From the NCBI GenBank assembly GCA_000934665.2, contig JYFJ02004137.1, positions 1-34,519 of the forward strand: a DNA stretch of 34,519 nt, in the 5' to 3' direction. Shown here in pieces: positions 33,309-34,519 of the stretch (within the stretch, counting starts at the first letter, position 1; each line of letters opens with the position of its first letter). Made by a program: the position numbers and the translations under genes. This DNA is from Catajapyx aquilonaris (taxonomy: Eukaryota). The notes beneath the pieces are model-generated. The model was not told where the DNA came from and made no database searches. It worked only from the letters and a program-made list of their open reading frames with translations.

Positions 33309-33879
33309 ATGGAGAAGCCAGGGGGTAGTAAGGGAGAGAGTGGCAAGAAGAGCAGGGGGATGATGAGTGCTGCTGGCACCCGCCTGACCTCGTCCGCAGA
33401 CCTGAAAATGATCCAGTCTGAACACATTGTCTGGATCCAGCATGAGATCTTCAGCTTCGGGGTCCTACCACACCATCTGCCCAAAAGGCTCGATGCCAAG
33501 GTGAGCATGATTACGGAATGATAGAGGAATGACGATAAGAATTATTAATGTCCTCAAGTGCAAGCAAAAGCCCCATTAATTCAGTGACAGGATATTTTTG
33601 ACACTTTTTGCAAGAATAATGCTGACATGTGTAGTATCATATAATTTACTTTGCAGCATTTGAAGAAGCTGTTAATGTATTGTCGGAGTAAAGGAATTGA
33701 TGGGTATCCTAGGATGACCTATGCTGTCTGGAAGCATGTGGCTACAGACAAGCTGAAGATTTCATGTGATGTTGCCTGGCTGTACTTCATGCTATTTACA
33801 TACCTCAAGCATAAGAACTTCATTGAGATACAAGCATGGGAGAAGAAGTTTGCAAAGTGCAGCACTGTGGAGGAAAAAG
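33309..33879 (+). CDS. TBCCD1: TBCC domain-containing protein 1, first two coding exons (gene continues past the window end)
   Basis: Exons 33309-33500 (gccATGg) and 33657-33879. IVWIQHEIFSFGVLP...HLKKLLMY...GYPRMTYAVWKHVATDKLKISCDVAWLYF parallels the recalled human TBCCD1 N-terminus (LLWVKAEPFIVGAL...YPRLYWSTWRHIACGKLQLAKDLAWLYF). Confidence 0.85.
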
Positions 33880-34140
33880 GTAAGTCTTTATTTGACGTTT
33901 AATGCTCTTGGGTCTTGGATACCTGTAAGTTACTGCCGAAGCCTGTTATTTATCCAGTTGAATAATAATAATCGGAGCAGAATGTTCAACTGGTAAATAA
34001 GAAGAATTTCTTTATGCAATACTTCTTCCTTGGTGGACCACCCTGTATATTGCCCATTCACACACAATCATTCGTGCATTAATTTAACATTATTAGTAAA
34101 CATTAATTTTGGTGGGAAATGTTTACATATGTTGCTGTTT

Positions 34141-34205
34141 CCCCCCCCGCAATAACGGCCACAGGCCGGATAACGGGGTATCAAATAAATAAATAAATAA
34201 ATAAA
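34141..34205 (+). mobile_element. Very short 5'-truncated retro-insert (stem-loop plus (AAAT)n tail)
   Basis: 12-bp TSD ATGTTGCTGTTT at 34129-34140 and 34206-34217. Nested stems CCCCG/CGGGG and CGGCC/GGCCG are followed by (AAAT)5. Confidence 0.8.
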
Positions 34206-34519
34206 ATGTTGCTGTTTTTATACACCACTTGCTTAAGCTTATGTAATATCTTTATCCCCCTCAAAAACGCACTCGTAAAAAACGCGCCAAGTCGTCTGCC
34301 GAAAAAACCTGTGAGATAGTGCCTGGGAGCCATGCCTTGTCCACTCCGCCGTACAAAGTCGTGAGATCGTGGTGGACGCCAAGCCTTTCTTCGAGGCTAT
34401 AAGCTAAGTGAGATGACTTGGTCGGACTTGGTTCACGTGCACGAGGAACAATACGGGTTCAGTTCGCTGGAATTTGGTCAAGTTACCCAATTTTAGCTGT
34501 ACGACTCAATTATCAAGTC

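Overview
Intron-rich, AT-rich animal genomic DNA. It is probably an arthropod, inferred from gene and repeat style only. Exons were spliced by hand using GT/GC-AG sites and reading-frame continuity. The window holds: (1) three tandem, strongly diverged paralogues of a ~500-aa TPR protein resembling TTC16 (2313-5774, 8364-12930, 14160-18112, + strand) with identical exon phases; (2) BRAP/IMP on the - strand (18502-22648), head-to-head with (3) a TLCD3/FAM57-like TLC-domain gene (23574-27924); (4) SmD3/SNRPD3 (30149-31895); and (5) the first two coding exons of TBCCD1 (33309-33879, running off the window). Introns and spacers carry many non-autonomous TEs: four tRNA-derived SINEs and two truncated retro-inserts, all with target-site duplications, plus several MITEs. 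The most interesting signals are the TTC16-like triplication with an RFX X-box-like motif in front of each copy, one SINE head/core carrying three unrelated 3' tails, and a BRAP intron bounded by a direct repeat. Protein family calls come from recalled human sequences, not database searches.
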